From positions 119,769 to 183,768 of the forward strand of contig CAZLJP010000003.1 in assembly GCA_964559915.1 (NCBI GenBank): a stretch of 64,000 nucleotides of DNA, read 5' to 3'. Every line of letters starts with the position of its first letter. Positions within the stretch are counted from its first letter, which is position 1. Position numbers and translations under genes: made by a program. Source of the DNA: an uncultured Candidatus Saccharibacteria bacterium (GTDB taxonomy: Bacteria; Patescibacteriota; Saccharimonadia; Saccharimonadales; JALRHH01). The notes below the pieces were generated by a model, which made no database searches, was not told the origin of the DNA, and saw only the letters and a program-made list of their open reading frames with translations. Positions 51,669 to 60,818 of this stretch are shown piece by piece.

Positions 51669-53450
51669 ATGAATCAGGGAAATATCCGAAATTTTTGCAT
51701 CATTGCACACATTGATCATGGCAAGTCTACGCTAGCTGATCGTCTTTTGGAATTGACTGGTACGGTCCAGAAGCGTGATATGAAAGCTCAGCTATTGGAT
51801 AGGATGGATCTTGAACGCGAGAAGGGTATTACTATCAAGCTGGCACCTGTTCGTATGAAATACCAAGACTACGAGCTGAACTTGATTGACACGCCCGGCC
51901 ACGTGGACTTTAGCTATGAAGTATCGCGCAGTCTTCAGGCGTGTGAAGGTGCGCTGTTGGTGGTTGATGCCAGCCAGGGAATCCAGGCGCAAACACTGGC
52001 TAATGTATATCTCGCGATGGATGCAGACCTAACCATTATCCCCGTGCTCAATAAGATTGATTTACCCGCAGCAGATGTTGAGCGGGTGAGTGAAGAAGTT
52101 ATTAGCTTGCTCGGCTGCAAAAAAGAAGACATCCTGCATATTTCTGCCAAGACGGGTTTGGGTGTTGAGGCGGTGCTTGAGAAAATCGTCAGTGATATTC
52201 CAGCCCCTAAGGCTGTTGAATCAAAGCATACAAGGGCACTCATCTTTGATAGCTACTATGATGATTACCGTGGTGTGATTTTGTATGTACGTGCGTTTGA
52301 AGGGAAAATTGGCAAAGGTGAGCAAATCCAAATGATGGCGACGGGTAGCCAGGGGTTGGCATTGGAAGTCGGTGCGCTGAGGCCCGAAATGTCGGCATTG
52401 CCAGCCATTGATTGTGGCGAAATCGGCTACATCGTGACTAACTTGCGCAGTACGCGTGAGGCTAAGGTTGGCGATACAGTTACGCTTGCTAAGAACCCAG
52501 CCAGCCAAATCTTACCAGGCTATAAAGAGGTTCAGCCATTTGTCTACGCTGGCTTTTTCCCAGAGAGCAACGAGCAGTACAACGACCTGAAGCAGGCAAT
52601 CGAAAAGCTATCACTCAGTGATTCTGCGTTGGTTTGGGAGCCTGAAAACTCTCCAGTTTTGGGCTTTGGTGTACGTATCGGTTTCTTGGGCCTACTGCAT
52701 ATGGACATCGTGCGTGAGCGCTTGGAGCGCGAATACAATCTGGACATGATTATCACCAATCCAAGCACGGATTATCAGATTGATTTAGAAAATGGAGAAA
52801 ATTTAGACATTCGGTCTGCGGCTGATTTGCCCGATGTTTCTAAAGTAAGTCAGATTAGAGAACCGTGGATTAAGGGTGAAATTGTAGTGCCCAAAGAGTA
52901 CGTCGGCGCTGTCATTCAGCTTGTTATTAGTAAGCGTGGTGTGCAAAAAAATCTATCGTTTGTCGATGCTCAACTAGCTGTTGTGACGTTTGAAGCCCCT
53001 CTAGCTAACCTCCTGACTGATTTTTATGACCAACTCAAAAGTGTCTCCAGTGGCTACGGCAGTTTTAACTACGAACTGGATGATTATAGAGCCGAAGATT
53101 TGGTACGCGTGGACTTCTATATTGCTGGTGATATGGTGGCTGCGCTCAGTGTAATGGCCCACAAAACCGAAGCCCAAGCTCTTGGCCGCGACACGGTGAA
53201 GAAACTTAAAGAAGTAATTCCTCGTCAGAACTTTCAGGTAGCATTGCAGGCAGCCATTGGCGGGCGATTCATCGCGCGTGAAGATGTCAGCGCATATCGC
53301 AAAGATGTCACCAGTGGTCTCTATGGGGGTGACGTATCTCGTAAAAAGAAAGTTTTAGCTAAGCAAAAGAAGGGCAAGGCTCGCCTAAAACGTTTTGGTA
53401 AGGTTGATATTCCGGCTGAAGCATTTACAGTCATGTTAAAACGAGATTAA
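51669..53450 (+). CDS. lepA: elongation factor 4
   Basis: IRNFCIIAHIDHGKSTLADRLL, DTPGHVDF, NKIDL, and the LepA-specific C-terminus ...KKGKARLKRFGKVDIPAEAF. Confidence 0.96.
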   Translation: MNQGNIRNFCIIAHIDHGKSTLADRLLELTGTVQKRDMKAQLLDRMDLEREKGITIKLAPVRMKYQDYELNLIDTPGHVDFSYEVSRSLQACEGALLVVDASQGIQAQTLANVYLAMDADLTIIPVLNKIDLPAADVERVSEEVISLLGCKKEDILHISAKTGLGVEAVLEKIVSDIPAPKAVESKHTRALIFDSYYDDYRGVILYVRAFEGKIGKGEQIQMMATGSQGLALEVGALRPEMSALPAIDCGEIGYIVTNLRSTREAKVGDTVTLAKNPASQILPGYKEVQPFVYAGFFPESNEQYNDLKQAIEKLSLSDSALVWEPENSPVLGFGVRIGFLGLLHMDIVRERLEREYNLDMIITNPSTDYQIDLENGENLDIRSAADLPDVSKVSQIREPWIKGEIVVPKEYVGAVIQLVISKRGVQKNLSFVDAQLAVVTFEAPLANLLTDFYDQLKSVSSGYGSFNYELDDYRAEDLVRVDFYIAGDMVAALSVMAHKTEAQALGRDTVKKLKEVIPRQNFQVALQAAIGGRFIAREDVSAYRKDVTSGLYGGDVSRKKKVLAKQKKGKARLKRFGKVDIPAEAFTVMLKRD

Positions 53451-53458
53451 ATACGTCT

Positions 53459-53716
53459 ATGACAAAAAGCATTATTCCTTTCACAGAAGTTGACGATAAA
53501 ATTATCGAAAAGGCCCGTCGCAGCCGTGAAAGTATAGCCCAGCGTTATCCGCTGACATTTGCTCTCATCGGTACTTTTGGATTAGTCTCTACCTTTTATG
53601 GTTTTGAAAAAATCATCGACAGCATTCAATTATTTGTGAACCACCCCTGGATATTACTGGTCTTTGGCCTAGTTACGCTATCCGTGACTGGACTGGCGCT
53701 GCGTAAACTAGGATAG
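53459..53716 (+). CDS. hypothetical two-TM membrane protein
   Basis: 85-aa ORF with two hydrophobic helices. Confidence 0.5.
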   Translation: MTKSIIPFTEVDDKIIEKARRSRESIAQRYPLTFALIGTFGLVSTFYGFEKIIDSIQLFVNHPWILLVFGLVTLSVTGLALRKLG

Positions 53717-53737
53717 GTTTGCTATACTTGACGCCAC

Positions 53738-53932
53738 ATGAGTGAATTTGAAGTATCTGGAGGTGCTGAAATTTTTTTCCTCGAAGATATGAGGAAGGTA
53801 TTGCGTGGCTTTGTATCGAGTGAGATAGAGAAGGCTAGTGAGCCACAGATTCCATCGACGCCACGACATCTCCGTGCAGTCACGCCCGACTATGACCTTA
53901 ATGAAGGCTACGTTGAAGATTTGCAGTTTTAA
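53738..53932 (+). CDS. hypothetical small acidic protein
   Basis: 64-aa ORF. No motif recognised. Confidence 0.4.
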   Translation: MSEFEVSGGAEIFFLEDMRKVLRGFVSSEIEKASEPQIPSTPRHLRAVTPDYDLNEGYVEDLQF

Positions 53933-54387
53933 CGTTGCAACGCTTTTAAATCATCGATAATTTCAGCAGCGTGTTTGTTGGGGTCCACCTTAGGATACTC
54001 CTTAGCAATCTTGCCGCTAGGGTCAATGATGTATGTTGCACGCTGGATGCCCATATATTTTTTACCAAACATACTTTTTTCTTGCCAGGCACCATAAGCA
54101 TCAATTGTTGTGTGATTTGGGTCACTCAAAAGTGTAAAGTTTAGCCCAAATTTATCAGCAAACTTTTTATGACTTTTTGGCGTATCCTTACTGATGCCGA
54201 TAACTACGGCATTGCCAAATTCGGCAATTGCATCGCGCGCATCACGGAAGTTGCAAGCCTCGGTGGTGCAACCAGGCGTGTCATCCTTGGGGTAAAAGTA
54301 CAGTACCACCCACTTGCCAGCGTAATCTGCCAATGAATGTGATTGTTCGTCTTGATCGATAAGCGTGAAGCTCGGTGCTTGTTTCAT
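53929..54387 (-). CDS. bcp: thioredoxin-dependent thiol peroxidase (Bcp/PrxQ type)
   Basis: FTLIDQDEQSHSLADYAGKWVVLYFYPKDDTPGCTTEAC is the peroxiredoxin active site. The start at ATG 54387 (MKQAPSF) avoids overlap with the divergent gene. The track ORF extends to 54474. Confidence 0.88.
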   Translation of the reverse strand: MKQAPSFTLIDQDEQSHSLADYAGKWVVLYFYPKDDTPGCTTEACNFRDARDAIAEFGNAVVIGISKDTPKSHKKFADKFGLNFTLLSDPNHTTIDAYGAWQEKSMFGKKYMGIQRATYIIDPSGKIAKEYPKVDPNKHAAEIIDDLKALQR

Positions 54388-54409
54388 ATAGCTAGTATAT
54401 AATGACCGC

Positions 54410-54988
54410 ATGCATAAAAAACACATAATCACGATTGCCGGCAGACCCGGCAGTGGCAAATCAACCGCAGCCAAGAGTGTGGCTAGCGAATTAGGCTACA
54501 TGCATTTTTCCTCAGGTGATTTGTTCCGTGCTATTTCCCGTGAGCACGGGCAGGATATCTTGCAATCTAATTTGGCAGCAGAAAAAGAAGATGGTATTCC
54601 AAAAATTGACCAGCTGGTAGATGACCGTCTGCGTGATATCGGCAAACATGAAGATACTGTTGTACTTGATTCTCGTATGGCTTGGCATTGGATGCCTAAT
54701 TCGTTTAAAGTGTTTTTGAACCTTGATATAGAAACTGCAGCGCAGCGCATTCTGTCCGCCATGACACCTGAGCGCATTCATGCCGAACACATACCAGAAG
54801 ACCCGCACAAATATGCTCAAAACCTGCAGGGCAGACTAGATAGCGAGACTCGTCGCTACAAGAAAATTTATGATGTAGACCCATATGATATTGATAACTA
54901 TGATTTGGTTATCAATACCAAAACTACCAAGCCAGAAGAAGTCGTACGATTAATTATTGAGCGGTACACAGGCTGGCTGCAGTCTTAG
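54410..54988 (+). CDS. P-loop nucleoside-monophosphate kinase-like protein (cytidylate kinase family)
   Basis: ITIAGRPGSGKSTAAK P-loop, SSGDLFR, VVLDSRMAWHW. 192 aa. Confidence 0.65.
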   Translation: MHKKHIITIAGRPGSGKSTAAKSVASELGYMHFSSGDLFRAISREHGQDILQSNLAAEKEDGIPKIDQLVDDRLRDIGKHEDTVVLDSRMAWHWMPNSFKVFLNLDIETAAQRILSAMTPERIHAEHIPEDPHKYAQNLQGRLDSETRRYKKIYDVDPYDIDNYDLVINTKTTKPEEVVRLIIERYTGWLQS

Positions 54989-55031
54989 CACTCTGGACAT
55001 CTGACTGCCAGTTGAGTACAATGTGCCTATT

Positions 55032-55736
55032 ATGACAGAGCGTCAAAAACAGATTCTGCGTGCTGTAGTAGAACAATATGCCGAAGTCGCTAGCCCGGTT
55101 GGTTCGAGCCTCATGGCTAAGGTGTTCAATGTATCTTCTGCCACCATTCGTGCCGAAATGGCCGAGTTGGAACGGCTTGGTTTTATTGCTCAGCCGCACA
55201 CCAGCGCTGGTCGTATTCCTACTGATAAAGGCTATCGTTTTTATGTAAATGGCCTGGTGGGTGGTGAAGAGACCCAGACTGAACGCCGCGCAGAGCGCGC
55301 ACTGACTTCTCGTGTAGAAGGTGGCGGTTTGCCAGAACGAACTATTCGTAACGCGGTAGATACGCTCGTAGAACTGACACATAACCTTGGTATTGCGACT
55401 ATTGGTGACCAGCTGTATATGGCTGGTTTATCCAACCTATTTAGTCAGCCAGAATTTGTAAGTGGTGGCCAGGTCCAACAAGTAGCCCGCCTACTCGATA
55501 ACTTAGAGCCGTGGCTCAAAGAAGCAGCGCCCAACGAACCACTCAGTGTTTACATCGGTGCAGAGAACCCCATTGGCCGCAGCGCCGGTGCGAGCCTTAT
55601 TATCAGCCGTTTTCGTAGCCCATATAGTGACCGCAGCTACATTGGCGTGCTGGGGCCAACTCGTCAACAATACCGTAATGTCATGAACTTAGTAGAACAC
55701 GCTGGCCGATCATTGGAGGAAGTACTATATGCCTAA
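55032..55736 (+). CDS. hrcA: heat-inducible transcriptional repressor HrcA (short form)
   Basis: MTERQKQILRAVVEQYAEVASPVGSSLMAKVFNVSSATIRAEMAELERLGFIAQPHTSAGRIPTDKGYRFYV is the HrcA winged-helix N-terminus. 234 aa is shorter than the usual ~340 aa. The track start is GTG 55023. Confidence 0.88.
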   Translation: MTERQKQILRAVVEQYAEVASPVGSSLMAKVFNVSSATIRAEMAELERLGFIAQPHTSAGRIPTDKGYRFYVNGLVGGEETQTERRAERALTSRVEGGGLPERTIRNAVDTLVELTHNLGIATIGDQLYMAGLSNLFSQPEFVSGGQVQQVARLLDNLEPWLKEAAPNEPLSVYIGAENPIGRSAGASLIISRFRSPYSDRSYIGVLGPTRQQYRNVMNLVEHAGRSLEEVLYA

Positions 55737-56187
55737 AAAATTAACTCATGAAGAACTAGAGCAGAAGATTGCGGAGCTAACGGAAGCATTACAGCGCGAA
55801 CGCGCAGATGTTATCAATGTACGCCGCAGACACGACGAACAAATCAGTGGTTTACGAAATAATGTCAAAGCCAGTGTGGTTCATGACTTGCTGCCCGTAG
55901 TCGATAACTTCGAACGTGCGCTCAAGCACGTGCCAAAAGACCTTGCAGACAACGACTATGTTAAAGGCGTGCAAGGTATCGTAAAACAGTTCGAGAAAAC
56001 CCTAGAAGACATTGGTGTTGCTCGTATCAAAACAGTAGGTGAAGTCTTCGATCCATCACTACACGAAGCAGTCAGCATGGAAGAGGGCAAGGGCGGCACA
56101 GAAGTTGTCAGCGAAGAGCTGCAGGCTGGATACCAACTAGGTGATGAAGTTATTCGTCATGCTATGGTGCGGGTAACTACCCAATGA
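55729..56187 (+). CDS. grpE: nucleotide exchange factor GrpE
   Basis: Coiled-coil N-terminus, then LLPVVDNFERAL, and FDPSLHEAV...V at the C-terminus. Confidence 0.92.
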   Translation: MPKKLTHEELEQKIAELTEALQRERADVINVRRRHDEQISGLRNNVKASVVHDLLPVVDNFERALKHVPKDLADNDYVKGVQGIVKQFEKTLEDIGVARIKTVGEVFDPSLHEAVSMEEGKGGTEVVSEELQAGYQLGDEVIRHAMVRVTTQ

Positions 56188-56567
56188 GCGAACACTCCCC
56201 AATCCTAGGCCACCTAGGCGAAGAGCTGCAGCCGCTGTTTGCTGAGTATCAACAGCTTCAGGCAACCGCACCAACAGAGCCATATTTTGTCCGATATGTT
56301 CCAGAGATAAAACTTGATAAAGGCAAAGAAGGCTTCACGATATCAGGCTTTGAGCACAAGCTCACTCAAGCTGGTTTTGCTACCGATAGTTTACGCGGAC
56401 TGTTGGCAAAATGCGTTGAGTATAACAATAATCCTTCAATAGAGATTGACCAGATAGACTTGGATATTATTGCTTCACTCAAGGCAGTCCCTGAAGAATT
56501 ACGCAAAAAAGTTCGTGTTACCAGCGATTCTTACTATTACGCTGGAAACCACCACCCAACAGTATAA
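56184..56567 (+). CDS. hypothetical protein inserted between grpE and dnaK
   Basis: 127-aa ORF with an ATGA overlap with grpE. No motif recognised. Confidence 0.55.
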   Translation: MSEHSPILGHLGEELQPLFAEYQQLQATAPTEPYFVRYVPEIKLDKGKEGFTISGFEHKLTQAGFATDSLRGLLAKCVEYNNNPSIEIDQIDLDIIASLKAVPEELRKKVRVTSDSYYYAGNHHPTV

Positions 56568-56594
56568 TTAGCACTCTTGACATGAGAGTGCCAA
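56568..56594. promoter_or_regulatory. CIRCE operator 1 (HrcA binding site), overlapping the dnaK promoter -35
   Basis: TTAGCACTC-N9-GAGTGCCAA versus consensus TTAGCACTC-N9-GAGTGCTAA (17 of 18). The spacer contains TTGACA (56577-56582), with TATGAT 18 nt downstream. Confidence 0.85.
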
Positions 56595-56615
56595 CTTTAT
56601 TATGATATACTTGTA

Positions 56616-56642
56616 TTAGCACTCAAACATCCCTACTGCTAA
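56616..56642. promoter_or_regulatory. CIRCE operator 2 (weaker right arm)
   Basis: TTAGCACTC-N9-TACTGCTAA (16 of 18 to consensus), between the promoter and the dnaK SD. Confidence 0.7.
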
Positions 56643-56660
56643 CGGAAAGGAACTATTACA

Positions 56661-58580
56661 ATGGGAAAAATCATTGGTATCGACTTAGGTACAACTAACA
56701 GCGCCATGGCGGTCATGCAGGCCGGCAAGGCAGAAATTATTGCTAACTCCGAGGGTAACCGTACGACGCCTTCAGTAGTGGCCGTGAACAAGAACGGTGA
56801 ACGCTTGGTTGGCCAGGTGGCCCGCCGTCAGCAAGTAACCAACCCCAAGAACACGATTTACGAAGTCAAACGTCTGATTGGGCGCAATTTCGAAGATAAA
56901 GAAGTACAGCGTGACCTCAAGCTCATGGGCTACGAGATTGTAAAATCCGGCACTGGCGTGAAGGTCAAAATGGGCGACAAGGAATACAGCCCAGAAGAAG
57001 TCAGCGCCATGATTTTAAGCAAGCTTAAAGCTGACGCCGAAGCTTTCTTGGGTGAGCCCGTAACAGAAGCGGTCATTACCGTACCTGCATATTTTGACGA
57101 CAGCCAACGCCATGCGACCAAAGATGCAGGCAAGATTGCTGGTCTGGAAGTAAAGCGCATTATCAACGAACCAACTGCCGCAGCTCTAGCCTACGGTCTG
57201 GACAAGCCTGATAAAAAAGACGAGAAAATTGCTGTATACGACCTTGGTGGCGGTACATTCGACGTATCTATCCTTGAGCTCGGCGACGGCGTCTTTGAAG
57301 TTAAGTCTACCAATGGTGACACGCACCTAGGTGGTGCCGACTTTGACCGTTCTATCGTGAATCACTTTGTAGATGAGTTCAAGAAAGAACACGGCATTGA
57401 TGTGACTGATGACAATGCCGCCATGCAACGTCTGCGTGACGAAGCAGAAAAAGCTAAGATTGAGCTATCTACAACCAACGAAGTTACCGTAAACCTGCCG
57501 TTCCTAACTGCCGATGCTGATGGCCCTAAGCACTTTGAGTACAAGCTCACCCGTGCCAAGCTGGAAAGCCTAGTTGGTGACCTTATTACGAACACCGCCG
57601 CTCCATGCGAAAAGGCTTTGAAGGACGCTGGTCTCACCGCTAGCGACATCAACGCAGTAGTTCTGGTTGGCGGCATGACTCGTATGCCGGCCGTGCAAGA
57701 GCAGGTTAAGAAAATCTTCGGCCAGGAACCTATGAAGGGCGTAAACCCTGACGAGGTTGTAGCCGTTGGTGCTGCTATCCAGGGTGGTGTATTGCAGGGT
57801 GACGTCAAAGACGTCCTGCTACTGGATGTAACTCCACTCAGCCTTGGCATCGAGACACTAGGTGGTGTTGCTACTAAACTCATTGAGCGCAACACAACTA
57901 TCCCAACTTCTAAGAGTGAAGTATTTTCAACAGCCGCCGATAACCAGCCACAGGTAGAAATCCATGTGGTTCAGGGCGAGCGTGAAATGGTTGCCGATAA
58001 CAAATCACTTGGTCGTTTTGTGCTAGATGGTATCCCACCAGCTCCTCGCGGCGTGCCACAGGTTGAGGTAACCTTTAACATCGACGCTAACGGTATTCTT
58101 AACGTAACTGCCAAGGACAAAGGTTCCGGCAAAGAGCAGAGTATTACTATTCAGGGTTCAGGCAATCTTGATAAGACAGAAGTTGAGAAAATGGCCAAAG
58201 AAGCCGAAGCTCACGCCGAAGACGATAAGAAAAAGCGTGAAGCAATTGATACTCGAAACCAATTAGACAGCGCTGTTTATCAGGCAGAAAAGCTCAAGAA
58301 CGACAGCGGTGATAAGATTAGCGATGATGACAAAAAGGTAATCGACGAAGCGGTTGAAGCAGCCAAGAAAGTTATTGCTGATGAAAAGGCAGAGAAAGAA
58401 GCCCTCGAAACAGCCGTCAAAGAACTGAATGACAAAATCATGCCAATCGGTGCCAAGTTGTATGAGCAGGCGCAGAGCGAAGACAAACCTGCCGAAGGCG
58501 AAGAGTCCAAAAAAGACGATAAAGAAGAGCCCGTAGAAGGCGAAGTTGTTGACGAAAAGCCAGAAGAAGACAAGAAGTAA
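56661..58580 (+). CDS. dnaK: molecular chaperone DnaK
   Basis: [33 protein letters not shown]. 639 aa with an acidic C-terminal tail. Confidence 0.97.
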   Translation: MGKIIGIDLGTTNSAMAVMQAGKAEIIANSEGNRTTPSVVAVNKNGERLVGQVARRQQVTNPKNTIYEVKRLIGRNFEDKEVQRDLKLMGYEIVKSGTGVKVKMGDKEYSPEEVSAMILSKLKADAEAFLGEPVTEAVITVPAYFDDSQRHATKDAGKIAGLEVKRIINEPTAAALAYGLDKPDKKDEKIAVYDLGGGTFDVSILELGDGVFEVKSTNGDTHLGGADFDRSIVNHFVDEFKKEHGIDVTDDNAAMQRLRDEAEKAKIELSTTNEVTVNLPFLTADADGPKHFEYKLTRAKLESLVGDLITNTAAPCEKALKDAGLTASDINAVVLVGGMTRMPAVQEQVKKIFGQEPMKGVNPDEVVAVGAAIQGGVLQGDVKDVLLLDVTPLSLGIETLGGVATKLIERNTTIPTSKSEVFSTAADNQPQVEIHVVQGEREMVADNKSLGRFVLDGIPPAPRGVPQVEVTFNIDANGILNVTAKDKGSGKEQSITIQGSGNLDKTEVEKMAKEAEAHAEDDKKKREAIDTRNQLDSAVYQAEKLKNDSGDKISDDDKKVIDEAVEAAKKVIADEKAEKEALETAVKELNDKIMPIGAKLYEQAQSEDKPAEGEESKKDDKEEPVEGEVVDEKPEEDKK

Positions 58581-58583
58581 TTC

Positions 58584-58928
58584 ATGGTCGAGCAGAGCAC
58601 TTCGCTTTGTGAAGCCTGTCCTGGAAAGGGCAACTATGAAGTTGACCTCGATGTCCAAGGTAGTTCGCCAAGACTGACAGTAGACTCTTTTTTGCAGGCT
58701 AGACGGTTCTGGATAACTGATAAATCAAGCTACGACAATGATTTATCACAATTGGCAGAAATCGTCGGGGGTGGGCTGATTTACTACGATGAAGAAATAG
58801 ACGATAACTACTTTTCTCTGGGGTCTGAAGAAGCTGCAATGCTCGGAGGCCTCTGTGCACAAAAGTTCTTAGAGGGCGGTTGTACAAAAACACGAGACGA
58901 GATACTACTCCAGAGTGAAACTGACTAA
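58584..58928 (+). CDS. hypothetical protein
   Basis: 114-aa ORF starting 3 nt after the dnaK stop. No motif recognised. Confidence 0.5.
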   Translation: MVEQSTSLCEACPGKGNYEVDLDVQGSSPRLTVDSFLQARRFWITDKSSYDNDLSQLAEIVGGGLIYYDEEIDDNYFSLGSEEAAMLGGLCAQKFLEGGCTKTRDEILLQSETD

Positions 58929-58949
58929 TATAGGGTAGAATAATTAGGC

Positions 58950-58973
58950 ATGGCCAAGAGAGATTATTACAAA
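58950..58973 (+). repeat. duplicate of the dnaJ 5' end (pseudo-start)
   Basis: ATGGCCAAGAGAGATTATTACAAA versus the dnaJ start ATGGCCAAAAGAGATTACTACGAA at 59686 (21 of 24 identical). Opens a 44-codon ORF (MAKRDYYKANTG...) whose stop overlaps the NYN gene start (ATGA at 59081). Confidence 0.7.
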
Positions 58974-59080
58974 GCCAACACGGGTAGCATATTGACAAAT
59001 AGGGCTTTTTTTGCTAGTATTGACTTACAACACCCCGTGTTGGCGAAAGCCTCAGCGGGGCTTTTTTATGGAGAAAATCT

Positions 59081-59686
59081 ATGAAAGTTTTAATAGATGG
59101 AGAGAACCTACGCCACCAATTAGCCCACGTGTTGGACTATAATCAGAAAATCACTGACCACAATGCCTATTTTCGCTTTGACCTAACAGGATTCATCTCT
59201 GAAGTTTTACATACAGAGAATGTAGATATCACCTACTACACAACACGTATTAAGCAGCCAGATCAGAAGATCCCCGTTAAACTCCAGAACAAGATTACGG
59301 CCATATCAGCTTCAAAGAGGCGATGGGTAGCCGATTTAACAAATCAGAATGTTACAGTAGTGAAGGCAGGCTACTTGCGGGTGAGGACATCAAACGCATG
59401 CATACACTGTGGCAAGAAAACACTGGTTCTTCAGGAGAAGGGTGTTGATGTGCGTTTGGCAACTGATATGGTTATTACAAGTAGCCAGGCAACTGAGAAA
59501 ATTATTGCAGTCGGCTCATCTGATAGTGATCTTATACCGGCTATTGCTGCTGTCAGACGGGCTGGTCTGCAGATACTTTATTTTTGCTATGCAGGTTGGC
59601 TGAACCGTTCAGTCGCCGCCCAAACCGATAAAACGATTACTTTCGACGACGAGACAGTTCTGAAGTATTTCAAAGGAAGTAAATAA
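59081..59686 (+). CDS. NYN (LabA-like) domain-containing protein
   Basis: VLIDGENL at the N-terminus, [14 protein letters not shown], and [13 protein letters not shown], giving the acidic residues of the PIN-like NYN fold. A CIHCGK zinc-knuckle-like insert is present. Stop overlaps the dnaJ start (TAATG). Confidence 0.65.
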   Translation: MKVLIDGENLRHQLAHVLDYNQKITDHNAYFRFDLTGFISEVLHTENVDITYYTTRIKQPDQKIPVKLQNKITAISASKRRWVADLTNQNVTVVKAGYLRVRTSNACIHCGKKTLVLQEKGVDVRLATDMVITSSQATEKIIAVGSSDSDLIPAIAAVRRAGLQILYFCYAGWLNRSVAAQTDKTITFDDETVLKYFKGSK

Positions 59687-60777
59687 TGGCCAAAAGAGAT
59701 TACTACGAAATTTTAGGCATCCAAAAGGGTGCATCTGCGGACGAAATTAAAAAGGCGTTCCGCAAGCTTGCTGTGCAATATCACCCGGACAAACAGGGTG
59801 GTGACGAGGCTAAGTTTAAGGAAATCAACGAAGCTTACGAAGTACTGAAAGACAGCAGTAAGCGTCAACGCTACGACCAGTTTGGCCATGCTGGCGTAGG
59901 TGGCAATGGCGGTGGTGGTAACCCGTTTGAAGGCTTTGGCGGCCAGGGCCAGAATATTAACTTCGACTTTGGTGATTTAGGACTTGGTGATTTGTTTGGT
60001 AGTTTTTTTGGCGGCCAGGGCCAGCAGCAGCGCCAAAACCGTGGTAATGATATAGAAACCGGTGTAGAAATTGATTTCGAACAAGCTGTTTTTGGCACCG
60101 AAATTGATCTTAACCTGACCCTTGATGACACATGCGAACACTGTAAGGGCAGCACTGTCGAGCCCGGTCACGAACTCAAAACTTGTGATCAATGTAAGGG
60201 CTCAGGCCAAACCGTCCGAGTCATGCGTACCATGTTTGGTAATATCCAACAGGCTGCCATCTGTGATAAGTGTCACGGCAGCGGCAAAATACCAGAAAAG
60301 GTCTGTAGCGTTTGTCATGGCAGCGGTACACAGCGTCGCAAACAGACCTTTGGACTTAAGATTCCGGCCGGTGTAGACGATGGTGCAACTATTCGCTTGC
60401 GTGAACACGGAGAGGCAATAGCTCATGGTCCCAAAGGCGATTTATACGTAAACATTCGGGTCAAACCACACAAGAAATTTACCCGTGAAGGCGACCTTAT
60501 CCTATCCGAAGAAACTATCGATATGGTTGATGCGGCGCTCGGCACAGAGATAGATGTTGATACTGTAGATGGCCCCGTCAAAATGAAAGTACCTGCTGGT
60601 ACGCAGAGCGGTACAGATTTCAAACTATCTAATCACGGCGTTACACATCTGCGTGAAAATTCACGTGGGGCACATATTGTCACAATCGTGGTCGCAACAC
60701 CAACCAAGCTCAGCAAAAAGCAGCAAGAACTCCTCGAACAGTTCAAAGAAAATCCCAAATCCGGCCTCTTTAGCTAG
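59686..60777 (+). CDS. dnaJ: molecular chaperone DnaJ
   Basis: J-domain [10 protein letters not shown]...YHPDK, a G/F-rich region, and four CxxCxGxG zinc-finger repeats ([31 protein letters not shown]). Confidence 0.96.
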   Translation: MAKRDYYEILGIQKGASADEIKKAFRKLAVQYHPDKQGGDEAKFKEINEAYEVLKDSSKRQRYDQFGHAGVGGNGGGGNPFEGFGGQGQNINFDFGDLGLGDLFGSFFGGQGQQQRQNRGNDIETGVEIDFEQAVFGTEIDLNLTLDDTCEHCKGSTVEPGHELKTCDQCKGSGQTVRVMRTMFGNIQQAAICDKCHGSGKIPEKVCSVCHGSGTQRRKQTFGLKIPAGVDDGATIRLREHGEAIAHGPKGDLYVNIRVKPHKKFTREGDLILSEETIDMVDAALGTEIDVDTVDGPVKMKVPAGTQSGTDFKLSNHGVTHLRENSRGAHIVTIVVATPTKLSKKQQELLEQFKENPKSGLFS

Positions 60778-60818
60778 ACATAGACAAAAAGCATAAAATA
60801 TGCTAATATAAATGTATT

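Noticed and set aside
54985-55011. A third CIRCE operator in front of hrcA
   Set aside because: The left arm TTAGCACTC is perfect, but the right arm at the canonical 9-nt spacing is GACTGCCAG (6 of 9). I mention it in the findings but do not call it as a feature.
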